A program made the position numbers and the translations under genes. A stretch of DNA of 59,853 bases, filler included. It is 6 parts of 6 records of this genome, joined end to end, with 100 filler letters (N's around TTAATTAATTAA, not from the genome) between each part and the next. Parts side by side here need not be neighbours in the genome. Positions count along the whole stretch, not along the records: positions 13,281 to 28,756 come from SRR31156797_63530; 5 more parts are not named here. One strand, given 5' to 3'. The notes beneath the pieces are model-generated. The model was not told the origin of the DNA, made no database searches, and worked only from the letters and a program-made list of their open reading frames with translations. How positions within the stretch are numbered: position 1 is the first letter of the stretch; each line of letters opens with the position of its first letter. Below, one piece after another: positions 17,929-27,496 of this stretch.

Positions 17929-19179
17929 ATGACGCAAATAGACCATTGTGCCAAAGCCCCTGCGCCAGAGCATTCTGCGGGCGATGTGTTTGTCTCACCG
18001 GATACCCGCCTTACCGTGGCGCACGTCATGAACACGGAGGTTGTCTCTGTTCGATCTTGCGACACGGTGCGCGCGGCGATTCAGGCGCTGCACCGCAACA
18101 ACGTTTCCTGTGTGGCCGTAGTGGACGGGCCGGCCGTCGTCGGCATCATTACGGAAAGAGATATTTTGACCAGCGTCGCAGGGAGTGGCAGTACATTTAC
18201 CACTGGAGAGGCGGCCGACATCATGTCGTCTCCGGTGGAGGCTATCTCTCCAGACATGCCGGTCCTGGAGGCCGGCCTGATGATGGAATCAAGCGGGGTC
18301 AAACGACTTCCCGTCACATCCGAGGGGCGCCTGGTTGGGATCGTAACCCAGACCGATATTACGCGCGCTCTGATATCCCTGGACCCCCTGAGTGAAATCT
18401 CCGAGGTGATGAGCCCGTGCGTTATCACCTGCGACGCCGAGGCCACCGTTGCCGAAGCGGTCGAGGTCATGTCGGAGAAAGCAATCACCTGTCTGCTGGT
18501 GGTCCACAACGGCGGCCCGGTGGGTATGCTGACGGAGAAGGACGTTCTCAAAAGAGTCGTGGTCCTCGGGAAGGCTCCGAACCGCACCCAGGTGGCTGAT
18601 GTGATGTCCTTTCCGATTCTGAGCGTTCCGCCAACCTACTCGGTCTTCAGTGCCGGCAAGAAGATGGATGAGAAGCACCTTCACAGACTGGTGGTCATGG
18701 CTGGGCGGGAGGTCTGCGGTATTGTCACCAAGACGGATGTGATGAAAGCGGTCAGAAAGAAGGTACAGCACGATCAGACCGAGCGCCTGCAACAGCTGAA
18801 TCAGTCCGATAACCCGGCTTGTGTTCTCGATGTCCACGAAACGATTGTCCATGTGAACCCGGCGTTTCTCAAGCTCTTCGAAAGCGACGGCGCCGACGAT
18901 TTCGTGGGCCAGCCTTTTCTGCCGGATCGGTTCTGGGCCTGCCTCGCGGACAAAGACGCGGTTGTTGCCGGCCTGGACCAGGAGGATCTCGCGGTCCGAC
19001 AACTCGTGCTGCGCACCGCCAGGCACCGAGAAATCAGGGTTGTGCTGTTCTCCACGCTCACCAAGGGCTTCGACGGCAAGGTCAACGGTCGGCAGGCCGT
19101 GTTCTGTGATCTGACCGCCCACACCCCCGACGGATCGACGCCGCCGGTGGAGATGGCGAGCGGGAAATCGTGGGCTTGA
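17929..19179 (+). CDS. Protein with four CBS domains and a C-terminal PAS domain
   Basis: Repeated GIITERD/GIVTQTD/GMLTEKD/GIVTKTD CBS motifs; PAS-like IVHVNPAFLKLF. Confidence 0.85.
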   Translation: MTQIDHCAKAPAPEHSAGDVFVSPDTRLTVAHVMNTEVVSVRSCDTVRAAIQALHRNNVSCVAVVDGPAVVGIITERDILTSVAGSGSTFTTGEAADIMSSPVEAISPDMPVLEAGLMMESSGVKRLPVTSEGRLVGIVTQTDITRALISLDPLSEISEVMSPCVITCDAEATVAEAVEVMSEKAITCLLVVHNGGPVGMLTEKDVLKRVVVLGKAPNRTQVADVMSFPILSVPPTYSVFSAGKKMDEKHLHRLVVMAGREVCGIVTKTDVMKAVRKKVQHDQTERLQQLNQSDNPACVLDVHETIVHVNPAFLKLFESDGADDFVGQPFLPDRFWACLADKDAVVAGLDQEDLAVRQLVLRTARHREIRVVLFSTLTKGFDGKVNGRQAVFCDLTAHTPDGSTPPVEMASGKSWA

Positions 19180-19262
19180 ATCAACTTGGTTGTTATAGGG
19201 CGTAGAGTTGGTGCTGATGGCCTCCACCCTCCCGCGGGGTGAGCCCGCGCATTCCGCGGTGT

Positions 19263-19289
19263 TAAGCCCTTGCGTGTGAATGCCGAAGG
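19263..19289 (+). promoter_or_regulatory. sigma28-like promoter of the kinase-pilus operon
   Basis: TAAG-N15-GCCGAAGG, about 40 bp before the kinase ATG. Confidence 0.55.
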
Positions 19290-19328
19290 AAGGTGGGTAG
19301 AGGTCTTTAACATGTGAGGAGTATACCG

Positions 19329-21215
19329 ATGCAGACTGACGGACCGATAACCAAGAGGCTGTTCGCCGCCCGGCGCGACATCCTGCGCGGAGACTCTGTG
19401 CTGGCTGTCCTGATTTTCGTCGTGGTGAGCATTTTTCTTGTCAATCTGGTCGCTTCTATCTGGAACAACGTGCATTTCCAGAAGGATGTTCGACAGGAGG
19501 CATCTCTGGAGAATGCCAAAGTGGTTGGCAGCATGCTCGCCAAGACAAGCGAGGTTCTGCTGATCGCCAACGAACTGTCGATGCTGCGTCGCACCGTGGC
19601 CGAAGCCGGCCTGGAGCATGACTTGCACTCCTGCCGGGTCGTTCTTCCCGATGGCGGCGTCATTGCCGATTCCGATCCGGCGGGCATCAACGCGCTCACT
19701 TTGCCGGACGCGTGGGAGGGGGGCCCCGGAAGCTATTCCGAGACGCGTGACGATGACGTGGTGACTTTCAGATTCCCTCTGGAGGTGCCGAGCAGAGGTC
19801 GTGCGCTCATGGAGATCACCACTGGCCTGGACAGCAGGCCGACGGCCCAACTCGAACCGCAAACGGCCCAGATGGCCATTGCCTGTCTGGCGTTGGCCAC
19901 CATGCTGCTGGTCCAGCGGCACGCGCGATTTCGACTTAAGGCCATCGGGGCGATCCATGATGCCTTGTCTGCAGTGACGGAGGGGACCGACGACGTTTCG
20001 ACGCTCGAACTGGATCCGGAACTCGGAACCGAAGCCGTGGCCTGGAACAAGTTGCTCGGTGAGAAGCAGGGGCAACAGGTGCGTGAGGCGATTGAGCACA
20101 TCAAGGTTTCAATGTGCGAAGAGTCCGAGGCGCGGGTTGAACTGACGCGCATGTGTGACGTTCTGCCGCAGGGACTGATGCTGGTGGATGAAGGCCGTCA
20201 CATCGAATACGCCAACGGCGCAGCGGCGGTGCTGCTTCAAACCGGTCGTAGCGATCTGGCCGGCCAGGAGTTGCCGTCTGTGATCGACGATCTCCAGGTG
20301 AAGCAGGCGGTGGAGGATGTACTGAATGGGAGCACCAGGCCTGCCGTTGTCGAGCGACGGTGTGATGGTGGAACGACTTCCGGCGTGCTGCGCTTCACGG
20401 TTCGCCCCATCTGCGGTGACGAGTCGCGCTCGGTGATGGTTCTGATTGAGGACATCACTCAGCAGCGGATCGCCGACGCGGCGCGCAACAGTTTCCTCGC
20501 CAAGGCCGCGCATGAGCTTCGAACGCCTTTGACGAACATCAGGCTCTATGTGGAGAATGCCGTCGACCATTGCGGCAGCGATCCCCAGGCCGTCGCCAAG
20601 TCCCTCAATGTGATCAACGAGGAATCGCGACGGTTGGAGCGTACGGTCTCCGAGGTCCTTTCTGTCTCCGAGATTGAGGCCGGTTCGTTCGACCTGCAGC
20701 GCGATGACGTACGCCTCGGCAATCTCATGGAGCAGATTCGCGCGGATCATGAACCGACCGCCCGGAAGAAGAATATTACCCTGCAATTCGATTTGCCACC
20801 CAAGCTTCCCGTGATTTCTGCGGATCGAGACAAGATCTCACTGGCCATCCATAATCTGGTTGGCAACGCGCTCAAATATACGCCGGACAACGGCCGAGTG
20901 ACTGTCAGTGCGGCCGTCGAGAACGGTCGGATTGTCTTGGATGTGACGGATACGGGCATCGGGATTGGCCAGGACGACCTGGCCCGCGTCTTTGACAAGT
21001 TCTACCGGGCCACGGACGAACGCGTCGCCGATATTACGGGCTCCGGATTGGGCCTGGCTATCGCCCGAGAGATCGTGGGCCTGCACGGCGGGTTCATTTC
21101 GGTCGAATCGGAACTCAACAGTGGCAGCACGTTTACCCTGGCCCTACCGGTGGCTGAGGAGAATGCTCAGAATGAAACTCCAAACACAACAGCGCGGAGC
21201 AGTGACGGTCGTTAG
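19329..21215 (+). CDS. Membrane sensor histidine kinase with PAS domain
   Basis: GAGGAG RBS; two TMs; H-box AHELRTPL; N-box NALKYT; G1 DTGIGI; G2 GSGLGL. Confidence 0.93.
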   Translation: MQTDGPITKRLFAARRDILRGDSVLAVLIFVVVSIFLVNLVASIWNNVHFQKDVRQEASLENAKVVGSMLAKTSEVLLIANELSMLRRTVAEAGLEHDLHSCRVVLPDGGVIADSDPAGINALTLPDAWEGGPGSYSETRDDDVVTFRFPLEVPSRGRALMEITTGLDSRPTAQLEPQTAQMAIACLALATMLLVQRHARFRLKAIGAIHDALSAVTEGTDDVSTLELDPELGTEAVAWNKLLGEKQGQQVREAIEHIKVSMCEESEARVELTRMCDVLPQGLMLVDEGRHIEYANGAAAVLLQTGRSDLAGQELPSVIDDLQVKQAVEDVLNGSTRPAVVERRCDGGTTSGVLRFTVRPICGDESRSVMVLIEDITQQRIADAARNSFLAKAAHELRTPLTNIRLYVENAVDHCGSDPQAVAKSLNVINEESRRLERTVSEVLSVSEIEAGSFDLQRDDVRLGNLMEQIRADHEPTARKKNITLQFDLPPKLPVISADRDKISLAIHNLVGNALKYTPDNGRVTVSAAVENGRIVLDVTDTGIGIGQDDLARVFDKFYRATDERVADITGSGLGLAIAREIVGLHGGFISVESELNSGSTFTLALPVAEENAQNETPNTTARSSDGR

Positions 21216-21507
21216 GCCGGATGGCCCACTCGTCGCGGCTGATGCCGATGAATTCAGACAACGGCTGGCCGAAGAGATACACCAGAACCTCGGCCGCGTG
21301 GTACTCGATGCATCGGCGGTGCCTTTCGTGGACAGCAAGGGGCTCGAGACACTCGTGGACGTGACCGGTGAACTGGCCCAGAGCGGAAAAGCGCTGAAGA
21401 TCTGTTCCCTCAGTGAGACACTCGCGGAGGTGATGGAATTGGCGGGGGTCTCCTCTGAATTTGAATACTATGAGGACGTGATCGGCGCGGTCAGGAGCTT
21501 TCTATGA
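21172..21507 (+). CDS. STAS domain protein (anti-sigma-factor antagonist family)
   Basis: ATG at 21172; VVLDASAVPFVDSKGL carries the conserved D-S-x-G-L phospho-Ser motif. Confidence 0.88.
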   Translation: MKLQTQQRGAVTVVRPDGPLVAADADEFRQRLAEEIHQNLGRVVLDASAVPFVDSKGLETLVDVTGELAQSGKALKICSLSETLAEVMELAGVSSEFEYYEDVIGAVRSFL

Positions 21508-23270
21508 CGGATGCGACTCCGATAACCCGCCTGGGCGACGCGCTGGTCGATGAGGGCATGATCTCCGACGACCAGCTCCAGCAGGCGCTCTCCGATCAGA
21601 GGATCAACGGCGTCTTGCTGGGCGAAATGCTGGTGGAACAAGGCCTCGTTAGCCATGCGACCATGTTGCGGGTCGTGGCTCGCCAACTCGGTGTTCCCTG
21701 CTGTCAGTTGCGTCATGGCCTGGTCGATTTCTCCCTGCTGACACTCATCGGTCCGGAGGAGGCCGAGCGGCTCAAAGCCATTCCCATGTTCAAGATCCAC
21801 AGCACCTTGACCGTGGCCATGGCCGAGCCCCAGTCCCTGCCCAAGATAGACCGGCTGCGCCAATTGACGGGCTGTCGCATTCGACCGGTCCTGGCCGCCG
21901 CATCGAATATCTCCGAGTTCATCAAAAAATACTCCTCCGGTGATACTGACATTGATTCGTTTCTGTCCTCGCTTTCTGAGGCCAACCTCGAAGTGGTGGA
22001 CAAGGAATCGGTGGACGAGGGACCCACTACCGATCTGGACCGCTTGGTCGAGGGCAGCCCTATCGTCAATCTGGTGAATATGTCACTGCTGACCGCGATC
22101 AAAGACGGGGCCAGTGACATTCACATTGAGCCGGACAAGAAGGGAACGCACATTCGGTATCGCATCGACGGCACCCTGCGCGAGCTGATGAAGCCTCCCA
22201 CAGGCCTGCATGCCTCCATCGTGTCGCGGGTCAAAGTCATTGGCAAGATGGATATCGCTGAGAAACGACTGCCTCAGGAAGGCCGGGTACGAATCGTCGC
22301 CGAGGGGCGCGAGATCGACCTGCGTGTCTCCAGTATGCCCACCCTGCTGGGCGAGAAGGTCGTGGTCCGCGTCCTGGACAAATCGAATCTCAAAATACGC
22401 ATGGAGGATCTCGGGTTCCGGGCGGAGACGTTGGCGGCTTTCGATCGCATGCTGCGCCAGCCTTACGGCCTGGTCCTCGTCACCGGCCCAACCGGCAGCG
22501 GCAAGACCACCACACTGTACTCGGCGCTGGACCTGCTGCGCAGTCCGGAACGCAACATTGTCACGGTTGAGGACCCCGTTGAGTACCAGTTGGATATGGT
22601 CAATCAGATCCAGGTTCACGAAGGCATTGGGATGACTTTCGCCCGGGCCCTGCGCAGTATTCTGCGGCAGGACCCCGACGTCATCATGGTCGGGGAAATC
22701 CGGGATGAGGAGACCGCGCGCGTCGCGGTGCAAGCGGCACTGACGGGACACGTCGTGCTCGCCACACTGCATACGAATGATGCCCCGGGGGCGGTGGCCC
22801 GCCTGATTGACATGGGCATCGAACCCTATCTGTTGTCCAGTGCTCTGAACGGCGTCGTCGCCCAGCGGCTGGCGCGCACGGTGTGTCCGAGCTGCGTGAC
22901 GAAGTATTTCCCTTCGGAAAACGTTCTGCGCGACGCCGGACTGTCCAGCGCGCCGGGCCGGCCCTTCCGCCGCGGTGACGGTTGCAAGGAATGTCACAAC
23001 TCCGGCTTCCGCGGCCGCGCGGGGATCTACGCCGTGATGGAAGTGACCCACGAAATTCGGCGTCTGGTCCACAAGGCCGCGCCCACGCACGAGCTGCGCC
23101 AAGTGCTCCACAATCACGGCGTCCTGTCTCTGCGTGAGGAAGGTGTTCTCCTGGCTCAGGACGGCAAGAGCTGCCTGGAAGAGATTCTGGCCGTGACGCA
23201 TAGCGAAGATACTGCGGTGGACGCATCCTCCGAAACGAACGAAACGGTGGAGGCCGCGCAGGTACGATGA
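21504..23270 (+). CDS. pilB: PilB/GspE assembly ATPase with an N-terminal MshEN-type motif
   Basis: GPTGSGKTT, EDPVE, RQDPDVIMVGE, TGH...TLHTN and CPSC/CKEC; N-terminal RLGDALVDEGMISDDQLQQALSDQ. Confidence 0.93.
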   Translation: MTDATPITRLGDALVDEGMISDDQLQQALSDQRINGVLLGEMLVEQGLVSHATMLRVVARQLGVPCCQLRHGLVDFSLLTLIGPEEAERLKAIPMFKIHSTLTVAMAEPQSLPKIDRLRQLTGCRIRPVLAAASNISEFIKKYSSGDTDIDSFLSSLSEANLEVVDKESVDEGPTTDLDRLVEGSPIVNLVNMSLLTAIKDGASDIHIEPDKKGTHIRYRIDGTLRELMKPPTGLHASIVSRVKVIGKMDIAEKRLPQEGRVRIVAEGREIDLRVSSMPTLLGEKVVVRVLDKSNLKIRMEDLGFRAETLAAFDRMLRQPYGLVLVTGPTGSGKTTTLYSALDLLRSPERNIVTVEDPVEYQLDMVNQIQVHEGIGMTFARALRSILRQDPDVIMVGEIRDEETARVAVQAALTGHVVLATLHTNDAPGAVARLIDMGIEPYLLSSALNGVVAQRLARTVCPSCVTKYFPSENVLRDAGLSSAPGRPFRRGDGCKECHNSGFRGRAGIYAVMEVTHEIRRLVHKAAPTHELRQVLHNHGVLSLREEGVLLAQDGKSCLEEILAVTHSEDTAVDASSETNETVEAAQVR

Positions 23271-24499
23271 AGCTGGCCTACAAAGCTTACGACCACCTCG
23301 GGAAAGCCATCGACGGGACGATTGAGTCTCCGGACGTCGTGGCGGCGGCGGAGACCTTACGCCGCAAAGGGCTCTTCGTGGCCCAGGTCGAAACGTCGGT
23401 GGCCAAGGCGACTCCCAAACGAAAAAACCGCACGGCGCTGCCCTTTGGACGTGGCCAGAGGATCAAGAATGTGGCGGTCTTCACCCGCCAGCTCTACGTC
23501 CTGCTCCGTTCCGGCACCCAACTCGTAGAGGCCATCGCCGCGTTGGAGCGGCAGGCGAAACCTGGTCCCTGGCAAGACGCGGTGACGAGCCTGCGCGCCC
23601 GGATCGAAGAGGGGGCATCGTTCTCCGACGCGCTGAAGCTGTACCCGGAGTATTTCGATGCCGTCTACCGCAGTTGTGTAGCGGCCGGTGAGTCCAGCGG
23701 CTATCTGGCCGAAATGCTCGATCGCCTGGCCACCTTGAAGCAGAAAGAGTTGCGCATTCGCAACGCGGTCATGGGCGCCCTGATCTACCCGAGCCTCCTG
23801 GCGCTCGTCGCGCTGACTATCTTTCCCATGCTGCTCATCTTCGTCGTCCCGCGCTTTGCCTCGCTGTTCGCCAGTCTGGACGTGCCACTGCCCTCCAGCA
23901 CGGCGTTCCTGGTGGGTGTCAGCGGTCTCCTGCGTCAGTACTGGTGGATGGCCCTGGCCGCCCCGGTGGTGGCGGGTGTGTCCGTGGTGGCGTTCGTCCG
24001 TACCCCCAAAGGGCAGCGTTGGCGTGACACCGTGATGCTGCGACTTCCTTCGATGGGAGGCGTTGTCAAGAACCTGGCCACCGCGCGCATCGTGCGGTTG
24101 CTGGCCGTACTCATGGAAGGCCATGTCCCGGTATTGGAATCGCTGCAATTCGTTCGGCAGGCCGCGGGCAACGTGCACTATGCCGAGCTGATCGTTCGGG
24201 CGGAGGACCACGTGCTCAAAGGTGAGCCTATCAGCCTGGCCTTTGCCGACAGCAATCTGATCAGTCCCTCGGTTCATGAAGCGATACGCAGTGGCGAGCA
24301 GAGTGGACAACTCGACAGCCTGCTCTCGAACGTGGCCGATTTTCTGGACGAGGAGAATGAAGTGGTGGTCCGTTCGCTGGCCAGTATTGTTGAACCCTGT
24401 ATTCTCATCGTCATGGGCGTCCTGGTCGGGTTCATTGCCGTCAGCATGTTCATGCCGCTGTTTGACCTGACATCGATGACCCAGGGAGGTCGGCCATGA
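23267..24499 (+). CDS. pilC: PilC/GspF inner-membrane platform protein
   Basis: FTRQL, AGESSG, ALIYP, GEQSGQL and EP...PLF motifs. Confidence 0.93.
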   Translation: MKLAYKAYDHLGKAIDGTIESPDVVAAAETLRRKGLFVAQVETSVAKATPKRKNRTALPFGRGQRIKNVAVFTRQLYVLLRSGTQLVEAIAALERQAKPGPWQDAVTSLRARIEEGASFSDALKLYPEYFDAVYRSCVAAGESSGYLAEMLDRLATLKQKELRIRNAVMGALIYPSLLALVALTIFPMLLIFVVPRFASLFASLDVPLPSSTAFLVGVSGLLRQYWWMALAAPVVAGVSVVAFVRTPKGQRWRDTVMLRLPSMGGVVKNLATARIVRLLAVLMEGHVPVLESLQFVRQAAGNVHYAELIVRAEDHVLKGEPISLAFADSNLISPSVHEAIRSGEQSGQLDSLLSNVADFLDEENEVVVRSLASIVEPCILIVMGVLVGFIAVSMFMPLFDLTSMTQGGRP

Positions 24500-25554
24500 G
24501 AGGCTTGCACAAGAGACGAACCGCCATCGGCATCGACGTGGGGGCGCGCAGCATCAAAGCGGTGCAGTTGCATGAGTTCGGCGGGCGCTATCGAACGGCG
24601 GCCATCTCGGCCATTCCGCGACCGGTTGCCGATCCGGAATTGGGCGGTGATGAATTGCGTGACCTGCGGCGCGTGCTGAAGCGACAAGGGTTCCAGGGCC
24701 GTGACGTGGTTCTGGCCGCTCCGGATATCACCCTACTGCGAGGCGTCTTTGATCTGCCACGCCAGGTTTCCGGAGCGCCGGTGGCGCAGATTGCGCGCAT
24801 GGAGTTGGCGCGCATGCACCAGGTGGCCCCGGACTCCTTCGAAATGGTTTGCTGGGAACCGCCCAGTTCGGACCAACCTCAGTCGAAGATGCAGGCTATT
24901 GCAGTCGCGTGTCCGCACGCCACCGCGAATACGTTTCTCGACCAGTTCGAGGAGAACGGATTCAACGTTCGCGCTTTGGACATTCGCAGTGCCGCCGCGG
25001 CCCGGGCGTGTGCGCCGTTGGTCCTGGCCCCGCCGGCGATTACGGCCATTCTGGACGTCGGCTGGAGTGCGGTGAAGCTGCTACTCGTTTGCGGCGGCAG
25101 CATCATCTATGAGCGTCTACTGATCGAGCAGTGCCTCTCCAAACTGATCTCGCGCCTGAGTGAGAAGTTCTCTCTGGCGGCGACCGCCGCCTGCCAGGTT
25201 CTTGACACCCTCGGCCTCTCCGTGGCCGCGGAGGTGCAGGACCTTGACGAGCAGTCACTGGCCGTCATCCACAGAATTGCACGAACTCACTTTGACGGGG
25301 TCATTGAAGAACTGCAGGCGCCGTTTGCCTACGTGAACCACCAGTATCCTGGGGGCGGTATCCAGCGCATCCTGTTGATCGGTGGCGGAGCGAGCATCGC
25401 CGGTCTGGCGCCGTATCTTCACGAAGGGTTACATACTGAGGTGGCGATGGCAACCGCCAGCGATGTGCTGGAGAGTGCTCCCCACCTGCTGGCCAAGGCC
25501 AACCATCCGGCGGCGACCGTGGCATTGGGACTGGCCAAGTTCACCGGAGCATGA
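24496..25554 (+). CDS. pilM: PilM-like actin-fold alignment protein
   Basis: IGIDVGARSIKAVQL, LDVGWS, LIGGGA and VALGLA. Confidence 0.85.
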   Translation: MRGLHKRRTAIGIDVGARSIKAVQLHEFGGRYRTAAISAIPRPVADPELGGDELRDLRRVLKRQGFQGRDVVLAAPDITLLRGVFDLPRQVSGAPVAQIARMELARMHQVAPDSFEMVCWEPPSSDQPQSKMQAIAVACPHATANTFLDQFEENGFNVRALDIRSAAAARACAPLVLAPPAITAILDVGWSAVKLLLVCGGSIIYERLLIEQCLSKLISRLSEKFSLAATAACQVLDTLGLSVAAEVQDLDEQSLAVIHRIARTHFDGVIEELQAPFAYVNHQYPGGGIQRILLIGGGASIAGLAPYLHEGLHTEVAMATASDVLESAPHLLAKANHPAATVALGLAKFTGA

Positions 25555-25557
25555 CCT

Positions 25558-26175
25558 ATGGGCGACATTAATCTGATCCCGGGCGAGAGACTCGCCAGAA
25601 AGCACTGGCAGCGCAGGCTGCGGACCTGGGTGGGCCTATGCGCCGCCTATTCTCTGCTTCTGGCGGCCGGCCTGTTGCTGACGCACTTCTTGTGGCGGAG
25701 CGAAGGCAGTTCGGTGGAGCGCGACAGCCGCACGGCCGCACAAACGATTCGCCGGCACAACGCCCACGTGGGGCAACTGCGCCGCACCCTTGTCGAAGTC
25801 ACACGCGAGTTGGAGGTCAGTCGGGCCGTCGGCACGCAGCCGGATTGGAGCAAGCTCCTGGTGCTTCTCGGCCACGAGCTGGGAGAGGAGGTCGTTCTCG
25901 GTCAATGTGAGCTGGTCACGACCGATGCCAAGGCGGCTGACGTGACCAGCAATTTGAAGGCATGGCTCTTGTCTGCCCCGCTGGAGGATCTCCTGGCCGA
26001 CAGGCGATACCGACTGAAACTGGCCGGTTTCGGCCGGACGCAGAGTTCAGTGTCTCAGTTCGTGCTGGGCCTCGAACGGACAGACGTCTTTGACTCGGTC
26101 AGGCTCATCACCAGCTACCGACAAGCGTTTCTGGATAGCCAGGCCATAGCGTTCAGCATTGAGTGTTGGATCTAG
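25558..26175 (+). CDS. pilN: PilN-like protein
   Basis: N-terminal INLIP motif, TM helix, coiled coil and DWSKLL. Confidence 0.8.
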   Translation: MGDINLIPGERLARKHWQRRLRTWVGLCAAYSLLLAAGLLLTHFLWRSEGSSVERDSRTAAQTIRRHNAHVGQLRRTLVEVTRELEVSRAVGTQPDWSKLLVLLGHELGEEVVLGQCELVTTDAKAADVTSNLKAWLLSAPLEDLLADRRYRLKLAGFGRTQSSVSQFVLGLERTDVFDSVRLITSYRQAFLDSQAIAFSIECWI

Positions 26176-26187
26176 GTGGGAACACAG

Positions 26188-26763
26188 ATGGAACGGACAA
26201 CCAACATACGACGCACATCCTGGATCATTGACGGGGCCGGTTTCGCTATCTGCGTGGCGATCACCGCGGTCGCGTATTTGTTTGGCGTGGGTCCACGACT
26301 CGAGCAAAAGGCAGCGCTGGCCGCCCAACGTCAGCAATTGCGGGACCGGCGTCAGGAATGCCGTGAACTCGAAGTCTCCGTGACGAAACTCGAGGATCGT
26401 CTGGCGGCCGCCCAGGAACAGCTTGCCGAAGGGCAAATTCGACTGGAACCATCCAGTCAGACCAATGGGCGTGTGGCCCGATTAGCTGCGCTGCTCACCG
26501 AGCACGGTCTGGAAATCGACGACGTCCGAATTGGCGAAGTGCTGGCTTCGGACCGGTGCACCGTCGTGCCCATCAACATTGCCGGACGGGGCGACTATCA
26601 GGAATCGGTGACGCTGTTGCACGAGTTTACTCGGACCTTTGCGGACACCAGTCTGGCGCAACTTGAATTTATTGGAAATCCTGCGGGTTCGGACCCGTCG
26701 CACCGGTTCCGCCTGGAATTGCTATGGTACACGGCGCCCGCGTTGCAGGCCTCCGACCGCTAG
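26188..26763 (+). CDS. pilO: PilO/GspM-like protein
   Basis: TM helix plus coiled coil; INIAGRGDY; follows pilN. Confidence 0.7.
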   Translation: MERTTNIRRTSWIIDGAGFAICVAITAVAYLFGVGPRLEQKAALAAQRQQLRDRRQECRELEVSVTKLEDRLAAAQEQLAEGQIRLEPSSQTNGRVARLAALLTEHGLEIDDVRIGEVLASDRCTVVPINIAGRGDYQESVTLLHEFTRTFADTSLAQLEFIGNPAGSDPSHRFRLELLWYTAPALQASDR

Positions 26764-26808
26764 GTCGTGTGTCTGGGATCGCGGCATGGAGCCTTGGAGC
26801 AACTATCT

Positions 26809-27339
26809 ATGGCATTGAACCAACGACAGAGAATGAGCATGGGGGTCTTGGCGATCGGGCTAGTGGCTTTGGTGGTGGATCGCATCTATGTCTTGCCTCA
26901 GAGTGCCCCGGCCGGACAAACGGCTCCAGTTGAGGACTACACCATCACGGCGACCTCAGAGAGGGCAGTCATACCGCCCCCCGCTTCCTCGTCCACCGGT
27001 TTGACGGCTGCGACGAAGCTCGAAACCGCATGGTCGGATAATAACCTGCGCCTGGATGGGCCACGCGATCTCTTCTCCCTGCCGTCGTCATGGCCAAGAA
27101 AGCGCCCGTCCGAGAAGAAGCTCCCCTCGGCCGTGGCGCCCGAGACGATCTTCGCGAACAGCCACAAGCTCGAAGCCATTACCATGGATTTGCAGGGCAC
27201 ACGTGCCTTGGTTGACGACAAGCTGTTGCGTCTGGGAGAGATGCTCGAAGGGTTCGAACTCATCGCCATCGACAGGGAATCCGTCACCTTTGAGCGGGAC
27301 GGACAGCGAGTCCAGCTCGCGTTGGTCAAAGACCACTAG
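26809..27339 (+). CDS. PilP/GspC-like protein
   Basis: N-terminal TM, RDLF motif, C-terminal beta domain ALVDDKLLRLGEMLEGFELIAI. Confidence 0.6.
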   Translation: MALNQRQRMSMGVLAIGLVALVVDRIYVLPQSAPAGQTAPVEDYTITATSERAVIPPPASSSTGLTAATKLETAWSDNNLRLDGPRDLFSLPSSWPRKRPSEKKLPSAVAPETIFANSHKLEAITMDLQGTRALVDDKLLRLGEMLEGFELIAIDRESVTFERDGQRVQLALVKDH

Positions 27340-27406
27340 TGGCGTGCTGGAACGTGGGTTGGTTCTCGGACCCTTGATTGTTTTGTTTTTCGCGCGTGGG
27401 GGCGCT

Positions 27407-27433
27407 TAAGTCTGCTCCCAATCATGACGATAT
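27407..27433 (+). promoter_or_regulatory. sigma28-like promoter of the major pilin gene
   Basis: TAAG-N15-GACGATAT in the gap before the pilin gene. Confidence 0.55.
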
Positions 27434-27496
27434 TGAAGTGACGTCTTTGTATACGAACGTCTACATTAAGAGGATATGGGCAGGAGGTTGAATACG

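Noticed and set aside
18289-24310. Long antisense ORFs (18289-19227, 18801-20099, 22083-23201, 23357-24310), and similar ones such as 51842-53332
   Set aside because: They are shadow ORFs opposite well-supported genes in GC-rich DNA and carry no motifs.
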